From Bugula neritina (taxonomy: Eukaryota; Animalia; Bryozoa): DNA of 64,000 bases. Where the stretch lies: positions 4,434,662 to 4,498,661 of the forward strand of contig OZ037770.1 in NCBI GenBank assembly GCA_964035545.1. The letters run 5' to 3'. The notes under the pieces are model-generated. The model was not told the DNA's origin, did not search any database, and saw nothing but the letters and a program-made list of their open reading frames with translations. Numbering within the stretch: position 1 is the stretch's first letter; every line of letters begins with the position of its first letter. Both the position numbers and the translations under genes were made by a program. Shown in pieces: positions 39,996-64,000 of this stretch.

Positions 39996-42900
39996 CCACA
40001 TGGGGAAAGCTACTTCCTGCCCGGGAAGGTAGCCGGCAAGGCCGTTACGTTCTTGCTGGACTCCGGTTGCAACACGAATCTCCTCAGTCGGCGAGTCTTC
40101 GATGCCCTCCCTGCTCAGGTGAGGAAGGGGTTAGCTCCCTACACCGGGGAACCTGGCACCCTCGCAGACGGGTCGCGTATCCCTTTCTACGGTGTTGTAG
40201 AGCTGCCTGGTCGCGTCCGCGACCAGGCCATCCAAGAAACATTCATCCTCAGCCAGCTGGAAGAGGATGCTATCCTGGGGACACCGTTCTTGAAACGACA
40301 CCAGTGCCACATAGACTTCCATAAGTCCGCCATAGTAATGGCAGGCCGGGAGCTCTCTTGTGTCGACAAGTTCGGTCGCTCCCTGGTCGGGGGCGTGCAG
40401 GTGGTCCGTAACTGTACGGTACCCGGCCGCTCCCGGGCGACCATTCACTGCAGAGTGAATGACCGCCAGCTCTCTGGACTAGGGGTTGTCGAAGGAACGC
40501 ACCAGAGAATCCAACTCGCCAGCAGCTTAAATCGGCTGACTGACCGAGGGGAGATCTTGGTGCAGTGCGTCAACCCCTTTTCAGAGTCGGTGACACTACC
40601 GTCTGGATCCCTATTGGGCCGTTTCCACACGGTCCAAGAGGGAGACATAGGACCGTCGCTGGGCGAAGCGACGGAGGGTCCCCAAGAGCGCCCGTCTGTA
40701 CGGCGGGGGACCGTCCCGGAACACGTCCAGGAACTATACGAGTCAGCCTGCAAAGGCTGTGCGGGCAACAAGGAGCGCCAGGCTATGGCCCAGTTGCTGC
40801 GCCAGTATGGGGACGTGTTCAGCAGCGGAGACCAGGACATGGGCTTAACCAAAGCCATCTGTCACGAGATACCGCTAGCTGCCGGGACTTTGCCTATCCG
40901 CCAACCTACCCGGAGACTGGGACCAGAGAAGGAGAAGGAGGTCAGCCGACAAGTCCGGGATCTTTTGGACCGCGGCATCGTAGAGCCTGCACATAGTGCG
41001 TGGAGCTCGCCGGTCGTCCTGGTCCGGAAGAAAGACGGCAGTTGGCGGTTCTGTGTGGATTACCGCAAACTTAACAGCGTAACCATACAGGACGCCTACC
41101 CTTTACCTCGGATCGATGAATCCCTGGACGCCTTAGCCGGCAGCAAGTACTTCAGTACTTTAGACTTGCTGAGCGGTTACTGGCAAGTCCCCCTCAGTCC
41201 CGACGCCCAGGAAAAAGCGGCGTTCATCACCAGGGACGGGCTGTGGAAGTGGAAGGTACTGCCCTTCGGGTTAACCTCTGCCCCTGCCACCTTCCAGCGG
41301 CTCATGGAACAGGTCCTCAGCGGCCTCCACTGGAAGACACTGCTCGTCTACCTCGACGACGTCATCGTGATCTCCCCAGACTTCGCGACCCACGTCAGTC
41401 GTCTGAGGGAGGTCTTCGAACGACTCCGAGGTGCCGGTCTCAAGCTTAAACCTTCCAAATGCGCTCTCTTGCAGCCGGAGGTGAAGTACCTGGGGCACGT
41501 AGTCGGCCGTAATGGCGTGGCGACGGACCCCGATAAGGTGCGGGCTGTGGCCGACTGGGTCACCCCCCAGGATTTGACCGGACTCCGGGCTTTCCTGGGG
41601 CTGGTAGGGTATTACAGACAATACATACCAGACTTTGCGGGAGTTGCACAGCCACTAAATCGGCTCACCGCAAAGGGGGTGGCCTGGCAGTGGACACCAG
41701 TCGAACAGAGGGCATTCGACAGTCTCAAGAGCCGCTTGCTAGAAGCTCCAATCCTGGCCTACCCAGACCCCACTCTGGAATATATCCTTGACACAGACGC
41801 CAGTGACCAGAATGTTGGTGCTGTGCTGTCGCAAGTGCAAGAGGGCCGTGAAGTAGTCGTAGCTTACTACAGCAAATCACTCTCACCTCCAGAGCGCAAT
41901 TACTGCACCACTCGCAAAGAGTTGTTGGCAGTAATTAAGTCAGTGAAACACTTCCGGCCTTATCTCTACGGTAGGCCGTTCCGCTTGCGGACGGACCACG
42001 CCTCCTTGATCTGGCTGTGCAAGAGGGCTGAACCGTCCAGTCAAGTCGCCCGATGGCTTGAAGTCCTAGCCGAGTTTTCATACCGAATCGAACACCGACC
42101 CGGTAGGAAACACGGCAATGCGGATGGACTGAGTCGGCGACCGGACGAGGGGTGCAAACAGTGTCACAACATCGAGAGAAGGGACGGGGGTCCCCCAAGA
42201 TCCGAGTTGGCGACACTGGACCACCCTGGAGTGAGCTACGATTGGGACCAAGGTCAACTCAAGCCAAGGAGCCCTGACCCACCAGAGGCTGTCAACAACC
42301 TCCGCGCCAATCCTGTCTTAGCTCGTAATGTCAGAGAGCTGCAGAAACTCCAGGAGGACCTCCCTGGGGTGGTAGCCGACGTATATCGAGCTAAACGGGA
42401 AGGGCGACGACCCAGCGAAGAACAGCTGCGGCAGGGGTGCGCCGAGTTACGGCTGTACTGCCAACGCTGGGACTCCCTGCGGATCGGGCCAGATGGTCTG
42501 CTGACCATCACCTTGGCCGCCGACCAGGGACACCCTGGTCGAGAAAGGGTGATCTGCCCAACCGCCATACGCCGGGAGCTAGTATGGGACACCCACCGAC
42601 AGGCTCACGCCGGAATCCGGAGGGTGCTTACCAAGCTAAGGCTCCGGTGGTATTGGCCCCAAATGGAGCGTGACGTCCGACTAAGGATCAAACAATGCGA
42701 AGTCTGCCAGGCCAGCAAGCATGGCCGTCTTCCTAGGGAGGCGGGACGGCGTAGGCTCTATGCTGGCAGGCCCTGGCAGGTGGTAGCTGTTGACTTGGTC
42801 GGACCCATGCCCCTCACCCCCAGAGGAAACAGCTGGATTCTAGTGTTGACCGACCACTTCACTAGGTGGGCAGACGCACTGGCTATCCCAGACGCGTCTG

Positions 42901-44279
42901 CCCCGACAGTGGCCAGCACACTAGACCAGCGTGTATTCTGCTACTTTGGGCTGCCTGAGCAACTACACTCGGACCAGGGGTCGCAATTCCAGTCTCAACT
43001 GATGAGCGACCTCTGCCGCCTCTGGGGAGTAAACCAAAGTAGGACCACTCCGTACCACCCTCAAGGTAACGGAGTGGTCGAACGCAACAACCGGATGCTG
43101 GGCGACGCACTCCGCAGTCTATTACTCGGCCGAGGCCAGGAGGAATGGGATCTCGTGTTGCCACAGGTTATGAGGGCCTATCGCAGTACGCCCCATACCA
43201 GCACCGGCGAGACCCCCAACCTCTTGACCTTCGGTCGTGAGACACGAGTGCCCGACCACCTCGCCTATCACATTCCAGAACCAGAATACTCTGTCCACGA
43301 GTACGCTGGGGAAGTGGTGGAGCGTCTGAGAGTCGCACACGAAATACTGCGAGAGAAGCAGTGGCAGGTGCGACAGGAAGACGCTGATGAACCACCTCTC
43401 TACCAGGCCGGAGACTGGGTCTGGATGATCAACTACCGTAGGCGTCGAGGACAGGCGGCTAAATTACAGCCTAAGTTTGTAGGACCCTACGTAGTAGTTG
43501 AGGTGATGCCCAATCACACTTACAAGTTGGAGCGGTCTGGGCAAATATCTGTCCAGAATGAAGCCCGCTTGAAACCCTATTGGGCTAGCCCAGGTGCAGC
43601 CGGGGGTGCCCCCCCATTGTTAGAGCCCAGGAGGCAGACAACAATGCGCGGGCGGCGGCGGCATACACCCAATGATGAGTGGGTCATGCCACGGACAGAA
43701 GACTTGGCAAGGCAGGAGAGGCCACCTCCCCCAACGGGGCCGCGCCCTCTGCTTCCAGAGCCAAGCCGTCCGGCCCCAGGACTACCACCACCACTTCCGG
43801 AACTAAATATACTTCCGGAAGTGCAAAACCCCCCCACGGGAGGGGCTCCGTCCGGAGAGAACATAGGGGAAGAGAGAATGACAGCTGACGGGAGGCAGGA
43901 AGCACCACCAGTGGAGAATAACAACCCACTGGTGAGTACACCACCTCCCTCACCAGCTACACCACCTTCCCCGGCGTCTACCACTAGTACATCTCCCCCC
44001 CTTGAAAGGGGACAACGTACTAGAAGACCACCAGCTTATCTTCAAGACTTCGTATGCGACCGCATTACAAGCGGCAGGTATGAAAGTCCAGCTGGGCGCC
44101 GTACGGAAAGACTGGCAGCAAAGCGTGGGAGTTATGAACACCACGGAAAAACTAAGTTTTGCGAAAACGGAATAGCGAGTGGAATTACCACTCTCCGGGC
44201 ACATAGTTCCGGTCTCGCACAACAAACACGCTGCCCAGCCTTCTCCTACGCCGACGCGGTCAAGAGTAGACGTACGTAG
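39996..44279 (+). CDS. pol: Gypsy Pol: protease, reverse transcriptase, RNase H, integrase
   Basis: Motifs LLDSG (PR), LPFGL and YLDD (RT), TDASD and NADGLSR (RH), HHCC zinc finger, DDE core and GPY (IN). Open from directly after the gag TAG, in the same frame. Confidence 0.97.
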   Translation, partial: PHGESYFLPGKVAGKAVTFLLDSGCNTNLLSRRVFDALPAQVRKGLAPYTGEPGTLADGSRIPFYGVVELPGRVRDQAIQETFILSQLEEDAILGTPFLKRHQCHIDFHKSAIVMAGRELSCVDKFGRSLVGGVQVVRNCTVPGRSRATIHCRVNDRQLSGLGVVEGTHQRIQLASSLNRLTDRGEILVQCVNPFSESVTLPSGSLLGRFHTVQEGDIGPSLGEATEGPQERPSVRRGTVPEHVQELYESACKGCAGNKERQAMAQLLRQYGDVFSSGDQDMGLTKAICHEIPLAAGTLPIRQPTRRLGPEKEKEVSRQVRDLLDRGIVEPAHSAWSSPVVLVRKKDGSWRFCVDYRKLNSVTIQDAYPLPRIDESLDALAGSKYFSTLDLLSGYWQVPLSPDAQEKAAFITRDGLWKWKVLPFGLTSAPATFQRLMEQVLSGLHWKTLLVYLDDVIVISPDFATHVSRLREVFERLRGAGLKLKPSKCALLQPEVKYLGHVVGRNGVATDPDKVRAVADWVTPQDLTGLRAFLGLVGYYRQYIPDFAGVAQPLNRLTAKGVAWQWTPVEQRAFDSLKSRLLEAPILAYPDPTLEYILDTDASDQNVGAVLSQVQEGREVVVAYYSKSLSPPERNYCTTRKELLAVIKSVKHFRPYLYGRPFRLRTDHASLIWLCKRAEPSSQVARWLEVLAEFSYRIEHRPGRKHGNADGLSRRPDEGCKQCHNIERRDGGPPRSELATLDHPGVSYDWDQGQLKPRSPDPPEAVNNLRANPVLARNVRELQKLQEDLPGVVADVYRAKREGRRPSEEQLRQGCAELRLYCQRWDSLRIGPDGLLTITLAADQGHPGRERVICPTAIRRELVWDTHRQAHAGIRRVLTKLRLRWYWPQMERDVRLRIKQCEVCQASKHGRLPREAGRRRLYAGRPWQVVAVDLVGPMPLTPRGNSWILVLTDHFTRWADALAIPDASAPTVASTLDQRVFCYFGLPEQLHSDQGSQFQSQLMSDLCRLWGVNQSRTTPYHPQGNGVVERNNRMLGDALRSLLLGRGQEEWDLVLPQVMRAYRSTPHTSTGETPNLLTFGRETRVPDHLAYHIPEPEYSVHEYAGEVVERLRVAHEILREKQWQVRQEDADEPPLYQAGDWVWMINYRRRRGQAAKLQPKFVGPYVVVEVMPNHTYKLERSGQISVQNEARLKPYWASPGAAGGAPPLLEPRRQTTMRGRRRHTPNDEWVMPRTEDLARQERPPPPTGPRPLLPEPSRPAPGLPPPLPELNILPEVQNPPTGGAPSGENIGEERMTADGRQEAPPVENNNPLVSTPPPSPATPPSPASTTSTSPPLERGQRTRRPPAYLQDFVCDRITSGRYESPAGRRTERLAAKRGSYEHHGKTKFCENGIASGITTLRAHSSGLAQQTRCPAFSYADAVKSRRT

Positions 44280-44341
44280 AAATCATAAACATACCACTCT
44301 CATTCACAATGGCTTGCCAAGAATCGAGAGATCACACTTGA

Positions 44342-45055
44342 GTGACCAACTCTGGGTCACAGGATCTACACTCTCTCTCCTCCTTGGATAACGGACTGCC
44401 CGCGGCGCTGCGTCGAAGACACAGATGGGTGTCGCGACGAACGGAGCGGCAAATTGAAGAAGCCTGGGGACCGAGTAGGTCACAACACACCTGCCACGTG
44501 TGTTACGAAGAGCTTCCCTCACACCAAGGACTACGGCTGCATGTGAATGCACACTTCCTGCTACGGTTTTGTCCGTGTGGATTTCACGACGTGTACCCAT
44601 ACCCCGTCCTGGCTCACATGATGGACTGTTTCGCAGGCGAGGGCTATGTAGTAGATGCGGACAACTACGACCAATACCTAGAAGCGGTCAAACCAATGGT
44701 TAAGAAGGCTTTAACCTGGGCCGCATTATCCTCCGGATTTTATACATTATTAACAGCCGCCCGTCAGAAGTCCCCTATGGTGAAAACGGTCGCTGCAATC
44801 ATACCGCGGCTAGACAATACCCCTATGGAAGCATCAGACTCTCCAGAAGAAGCGACGCCAACCCCAACCAGGCCTACCCGACTAGCAACCGTCGAAGAAA
44901 GACTCTCACGGTTACAGGATGAACTCACCCAGTTGGCTCCCGACCTACTCAGTACCACCATGGGTCTTAGTGAATCGAAGGGCTCAGTAGGACGCCTAAG
45001 GCGTAGGCTACGTGCACGGCAGGCACGACACCGGATTGAATCCCTACGAAAGTAG
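44342..45055 (+). CDS. Gypsy accessory ORF3: C2H2-type zinc finger plus coiled-coil/basic C-terminus
   Basis: CHVC..ELPSHQGLRLHVNAH, then CPCG..H..H...C, then heptad LATVEERLSRLQDELTQL. An in-frame ATG at 44309 is separated from it by a TGA at 44339-44341. Confidence 0.65.
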   Translation: MTNSGSQDLHSLSSLDNGLPAALRRRHRWVSRRTERQIEEAWGPSRSQHTCHVCYEELPSHQGLRLHVNAHFLLRFCPCGFHDVYPYPVLAHMMDCFAGEGYVVDADNYDQYLEAVKPMVKKALTWAALSSGFYTLLTAARQKSPMVKTVAAIIPRLDNTPMEASDSPEEATPTPTRPTRLATVEERLSRLQDELTQLAPDLLSTTMGLSESKGSVGRLRRRLRARQARHRIESLRK

Positions 45056-45320
45056 GAGCTGACAGTTGGCAATTCCATCCCACATGTTCCCGGGATACTA
45101 CGTCGTGATCGTGTAGATGCTTGACTGCTAATGGCCTACGATCCAGGACTCTCTCTTCATAGCTGGCCAGTTGTACGCTGGCTATCCGTATCTTACTTAT
45201 ATATCATATATGTCGTACGTTTGGTATTTCTTTTCTTTTTCTTTGTGGATTTTTCTTACTTATGTTATTTTTGCATTATTATACTATTTCTGTTTTTATC
45301 AGAAAGTATGGCTTTCTGCT

Positions 45321-45331
45321 GGAGGGGGCGG
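45321..45331 (+). promoter_or_regulatory. Polypurine tract
   Basis: ggagggggcgg immediately before the 3' LTR. Confidence 0.85.
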
Positions 45332-45674
45332 TGTAATGGGATTACGTAGCATAATAATGCATTTGTCTCCTCCTGTTTGGGAATACTTATAACTATGTTC
45401 TACCAACCAATCAGAAGGACCGGAAGGCAAGGTTCCGGTCAAGTGACTGTTCGCGGGTTAGCTAGCAGAAACCACGTTGTTGAGAGCAGGGGCTCGTAGT
45501 AGCTAGACGTGTTTATAATTGATTGATGTATTGTGGTTTTGACATACTGTTATAATTATGTTTATCGAATTAAATAAAGGTTATCGTACGCAAGCTCTGT
45601 TAGTAGTTGCTAGTTAAATTGAAACTAAATACGCAGGCAATCCACGCTTGATAATTGTGCTAAAGCTCACAACA
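45332..45674 (+). repeat. 3' LTR (343 bp)
   Basis: Identical to the 5' LTR and followed by TSD ttat. Confidence 0.97.
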
Positions 45675-46165
45675 TTATTATGAAACGAGTTGTAATAATT
45701 CTACTCAATCGTAGAACGTTGTTTAGTTTTGAATGACAAATTAATTGTTTAAAAGTTTGAAGCTAAAGAAACTAGTAAAAAGTTTCTTCCATAGCGACTG
45801 GTTGATGAATGATTTCAGGTGCTGTAAAACATACAATTAGGTTGGATAATTAACTTATAATTGATGTGTTTACAATTCTATACAGGAAATGGTGAAAGTG
45901 TGGCTATACGTTGTGTGACAGCTATAATAGATGCTTATTACTTGAAAAAATAGAATTCAGTAAGTTTGCACAATTTTTTTAATGATGCTTATTTGTCCCT
46001 AAAACTTTGTTAATTCAGTGGTAAACAATTTCTATAGCTGTATTTTAATAAAGGCAAAATATTCTATTGATCTGAAGAACATAATATAATACTCCAATAT
46101 ATGATACAGTAATAATATTATACTGATATGATTGACAAATTAATACAGGTGCAGAGTGAAAAATA

Positions 46166-46228
46166 ATTGCCCGGCTGGGATTCGAACCCGTGACCTCTGG
46201 CTAACGATTACACCACTGGACTACAGGG
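46166..46228 (-). mobile_element. tRNA-derived SINE head fragment
   Basis: ttgcccggctgggattcgaacccgtgacctctggctaacgattacaccac is an internally deleted copy of the 7696 family. Confidence 0.7.
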
Positions 46229-49200
46229 TATTCACATGCAGCACTATACACATAGATGTGGTTTAAAAGCTCTTGAAAGTATTGTTGATATCCATTATGA
46301 GTATTCAGTATTCAGTATTCAGTGACCATGCATTGCGGTTTGCAAAAATAGTATTATAGATAAAAGGAAATATTTTAATTCCTGAAGTGCCTATAATAAG
46401 AATATTTTTGATCATTTTTCTATGTTTAAAAATTGGATTTCTGTAATGGTTTCAGAATGAAATTCTGTTCACTTATAGAAGAACACAAACTATGTATAGC
46501 TTTTCAAAGTTTACTAGAGTTTGCTTTCACATATTTCATTGTCCTAAATATTGTAATATGGATATATGCATCATTTACTAAAGAAATACTACTTACTAAT
46601 ATTATTGATATATAATGGTGACTTGATTGCCTGCCATCAGATTTGTTGGAAAAAAATTAGCATGAAGTTCAGCATAAAATTATTATAGAGGCTATAATAT
46701 AGATTATGTATTTCATTAGGGAGAAAAGATAGGCTGAGTCAAACGCTGCAGTTGTGTTTTAAACTATGTATATTTGTTATCACAAGGGGATCATCAGGTG
46801 AGCAGAAACTCTGCATATTTCAAGTTGATAAATTTTTGTGTGGAGTAATACCCATGTCAGATCATCAGCTGTATTTAAATGTTTGACATTTTCACATGTA
46901 GAATGCTAAATTGTAGTATAATATCATATTATATTATTATATAATTGAATATTATAGACAGTGACTAGTGAGATAGTTGTCTCCCCTAATGCATTCCAAT
47001 ACAATCACCAACTTACAAAGTTAGAACAAATTACATATAACTCTTCAATTATTAATGAATACAATAATAAAACTATATTAAACTATTATACTATTGATTA
47101 TTGGCGCACATAGATGAAAACAATGAAAACTGTTTTCAGCCGCGAGAAGAAAACTCTACAGTGCAAATAATAGATAGCGTACTGTTTCTAACCAACGTCA
47201 GTAGTTGCATTTCTTTGCTGTTTCCGACTTACTTCCTAGTAGACCAAGAATCGCAAAATTCCTAACTCGTTAATTTTTAATCCACCATTTCCTGTTATGA
47301 TAATTTCATTATTTTTTTTTGTTTTCAAGTTGCTGTATTAAAATAATTAAATTTCATGAGTGTGAATTATAATTATCTCTAGTGGCACGTAATCGTTTTC
47401 ATAATCAGGTTATATTATAATTATCTAATACTAATACTAATAGTAATACTAATAGTAATAGTTATAAATATTAATATTCATATTGATATTCATATTCATA
47501 TTGATAATCATAATGATATACACTTGCTCTTAGTCTTCCACTTACGCTACGGTATACTTATGAGTTATAGTTAATGTTATACTTATATTTATAGCTTATC
47601 ATCATGATTATGATTATCATCATCATTATAATTATTAATACAGTGGTTATGGTTTAAATTATAATGATAATCACTTTGACTTTATCAATACCATTATGAT
47701 TATTGTTATGGCGTTAGTATTACTATTAGTATTACTATTAGTAAAAGTATTAGGCTACAAGTTAATATACTGATAATCATGACGATTAAGTTAAGCTGAT
47801 ATTCATATACTCATACTGTTTTGTAATACTAACAATGAATAACATAATAAGTGATAATATCAGTGATGATGACGATAGTTTTGTTGAAAATCATGATGAT
47901 AAAATAACAATAACATAAGCATTAATGATTGTCACTATAGTCTATAAACGCCTAGCAATAGTATTGCTATAACTATTAGTTATCATTATTAAATCTAATG
48001 ATACTGATAAGTAACTTTTAATATGAATATGAATATATGATAATTTGATCTTAACCATATTCCCATGACCATAATGATAATGTAATGCTAATACTAATAG
48101 TAATATACAAATCAAATAAGACTCTCAATATCAGTATCAATACGAATATGATTGTACATGGTATTGTGATGTAATATTTGTAGTAGTACGCATAAACTAT
48201 TGAAGAGTCAATTATTGTTATAGCTGTCACTTAGGCCCACTCTATTATTTTTAATGTTCTTTTAGATGTAATGTATGGCGTGCTCATGTAGGGTAGCGCA
48301 AAGCAAAGCCAATGTTATGATGTCTGTTTATAGCCGCGGTGTTGGATCGGGTAGTGGAACTGAGTAGTATAGTTCAAATCTCTATACTAATATCTACTAT
48401 AACTATTATGTCGGAGTATGATAAAGGAAAGTGTTCAGTGAGATTAAAAATATTGTGGTCTACCACTGTTCAGCTGTGGTTATACGAATGTAAATGTCAG
48501 ATTTTTATGTTATCTAAAACTATTACTATTTTAAGATCAGATGGGCATCAACACAGGAATTACTTTTTAACAACTTTGAGACAAATATACGACTTACTTT
48601 TTACTAACAATCGAGATACTAGAATTGGTTACATTTTGTACACAGATTGATGCAATCACGAACAAAGAGACAAATTAATAATAATATACAATAGAATATG
48701 AACAAATTGAATAATATTCACTATAAGTATATTAATATATTGTTGTAACACCAAAAATTAACTGCGCAGTTGATTCAGACAAAAAGACAGAACGATAAAA
48801 CTAACAGTAATAAAAATGTAGATTTTTCCTTTAGTAAGTATAATAATTATTATAACGGCTAAGGGCTAATTGCAAAATATAATAATCTTAGAAATCCGAA
48901 AGATGGCGATAGCGCCAAAAAAAACAATTATATCTGTCAGTCTCAAAACCACTCCAACAACTGACTTGTTCGAGCAGCGGTTTTTATCTTTCTTGACTTT
49001 TTATCATGAGAAGGCAAGTTTTCTTTTAATGGCACATAGTAGTACAACTCCTACATTTACATATATTGATCTTGATTTTACATATCTTCCTATTTGGGAG
49101 TTACCTCCTCGATTTCTTTATTTTGACTCGATGTGTTAACAGCTGTAGCTTCCTCTTCACTATACATGAATTAGTTTATTAGAAATAATGTAAAGTTATC

Positions 49201-49355
49201 CAATGCAATATATGTTAGTCATTGTTATGATTACTAAGATCCACCATATAATAAATAATATATTTCAACAGTGAATGGTAGGTGTCAAAATAATAGACAT
49301 CACCTGCTAGCACTGTGTAATAATCACACTGTCACTGTATGATGTTTCAGAGAGT

Positions 49356-62862
<13,507 letters not shown>

Positions 62863-63435
62863 CTCAATACATGACTCTATTTGTAATTTGCACAACACTC
62901 AGTTTATGTTTGACTAAAATTCCGTGACCATTAAACCTAAACAGATAGAGTGAGTTTGTGTGAATGTAATTTCTAGTGATTACTTGACAGTCAAATTATC
63001 TATCACAGATTTTTAACTTTTGTATCTTACTTTAAGTATAGAGCTATATACTTATAACATTTATTTTTGTAAACTGGCTTGTGATGTCATCTCATATTGA
63101 ATAATCATATTAGGCCTATACGGTATGCTGTCCTGTCATATTACAGTAGTTATATAATTAGCTCATTTGTGATTTTGTGTGTTCTGCCTATATAGGTTAC
63201 TATGCTATAATATTTAGTATAATGTGTTTACAGTTGATTTTATATCTTGTTAAACATTAACCATTCCTTCTTATATGCTTTTTACCTAACCAAATTTATT
63301 ATCATGTATAACTGGTGTGACACTAAGCACTGACTATGTTCTTTAATCCACATGTTCTAACTGCTATGCTAACAATATTATCATAATTGCAGTAGCTTGC
63401 TAGTATATATCGAAGTTTGCTTTTTATATTTTATC

Positions 63436-63441
63436 AATAAA
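63436..63441 (+). terminator. Candidate polyadenylation signal of the Roco-caspase gene
   Basis: AATAAA about 570 nt after the stop, followed by GT-rich sequence. Confidence 0.4.
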
Positions 63442-64000
63442 TTTATTCAAATATTTTATGTGAAAATTGTTTGTATGATTTCAAGTTCTGTAAAATTTCA
63501 CTTCAATAATCTGTGACTAAAGTAACGAGTCCATTATCTAAAAATAATATTCATGAAATCCTTCTTTTTTTATCTGCATCTGCAAACCAATCATTTCTCA
63601 AATAAGCAAATGAAATGATAACATCATTATTCATTAAATGCTATTCAGATATTTTGGGCAGATGGGGCTCAGTAGTCTGGGAGGTCAGCTTATCTAGGAG
63701 AAGAAAAACTCTGATTTCAAACCTTCGCTGTTTTGCGGCGATACTCAACCAAGGGAAAGGCTTGGGGTTAAAGCCCAAAAATAAATAAGGATTTGGAGCC
63801 CTGAAGGCATTTCGTAGTTATTTAAAACTTTGTTCTGGCAGCTTCTGCGACGACGCTGGTGCCCAACTGTGACAGCCCTGCTGTTCCTTTAGATCCGCCA
63901 GCGATGTGGAGAGGTGGGACATGCTATATGGGCAAGAACCTTTCCTTCATGTTATCAATGCCCAGGTATACACTCGCACAGCATCTCACTGGAGAGAACA

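Larger units (their letters stand above)
38592..45674 (+). mobile_element. Full-length Ty3/Gypsy LTR retrotransposon
   Basis: TG...CA LTRs at 38592-38934 and 45332-45674, identical by eye. 4-bp TSD TTAT. PBS and PPT present. Domain order gag-PR-RT-RH-IN. Confidence 0.98.

Noticed and set aside
39146-44600. Many alternative-frame and antisense ORFs inside the Gypsy element
   Set aside because: Expected shadow ORFs in GC-rich coding DNA; no recognisable motifs.
47410-48200. Degenerate AAT/ATT-rich low-complexity tract (also 25790-26520) and its short Ile/Tyr-rich ORFs
   Set aside because: Decayed simple repeats with no coding signal.
63655-64000. GC-richer tail of the window resembling the 5' part of a non-LTR element
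   Set aside because: Truncated by the window edge, with no diagnostic motif to support a call.

Overview
AT-rich, intron-containing eukaryotic DNA from an invertebrate animal (probably a lophotrochozoan; this is an inference, not established). I reconstructed three host genes by hand from splice sites and reading-frame phase. (1) The 3' half of an ARHGAP20/TAGAP-like RhoGAP (+, 1801-10957). (2) A convergent 10-coding-exon type-I membrane receptor (-, 24460-12515, about 545 aa) with a SUEL-lectin-like domain, a CUB-like domain, one TM helix and a tyrosine-rich tail ending in NPxY. (3) The main finding: a 16-coding-exon gene (+, 49356-62862, about 1434 aa) that fuses LRR, ROC GTPase, COR and a C-terminal caspase p20/p10 domain in one chain. 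Its LRR region is built from seven near-identical 138-nt phase-2/2 cassette exons plus a broken eighth. Their differences cluster at the exposed beta-strand positions, which suggests a diversifiable one-component sensor-switch-protease immune receptor. A decayed paralogous fragment lies at about 37.8 kb. Mobile DNA includes a very young Ty3/Gypsy element (identical 343-bp LTRs, tRNA-Leu PBS, in-frame stop between gag and pol, an extra zinc-finger ORF3), an Academ-like DNA transposon inside the LRR array, tRNA-derived SINEs, MITEs, RTE LINE debris, minisatellites and a pair of abutting perfect palindromes.
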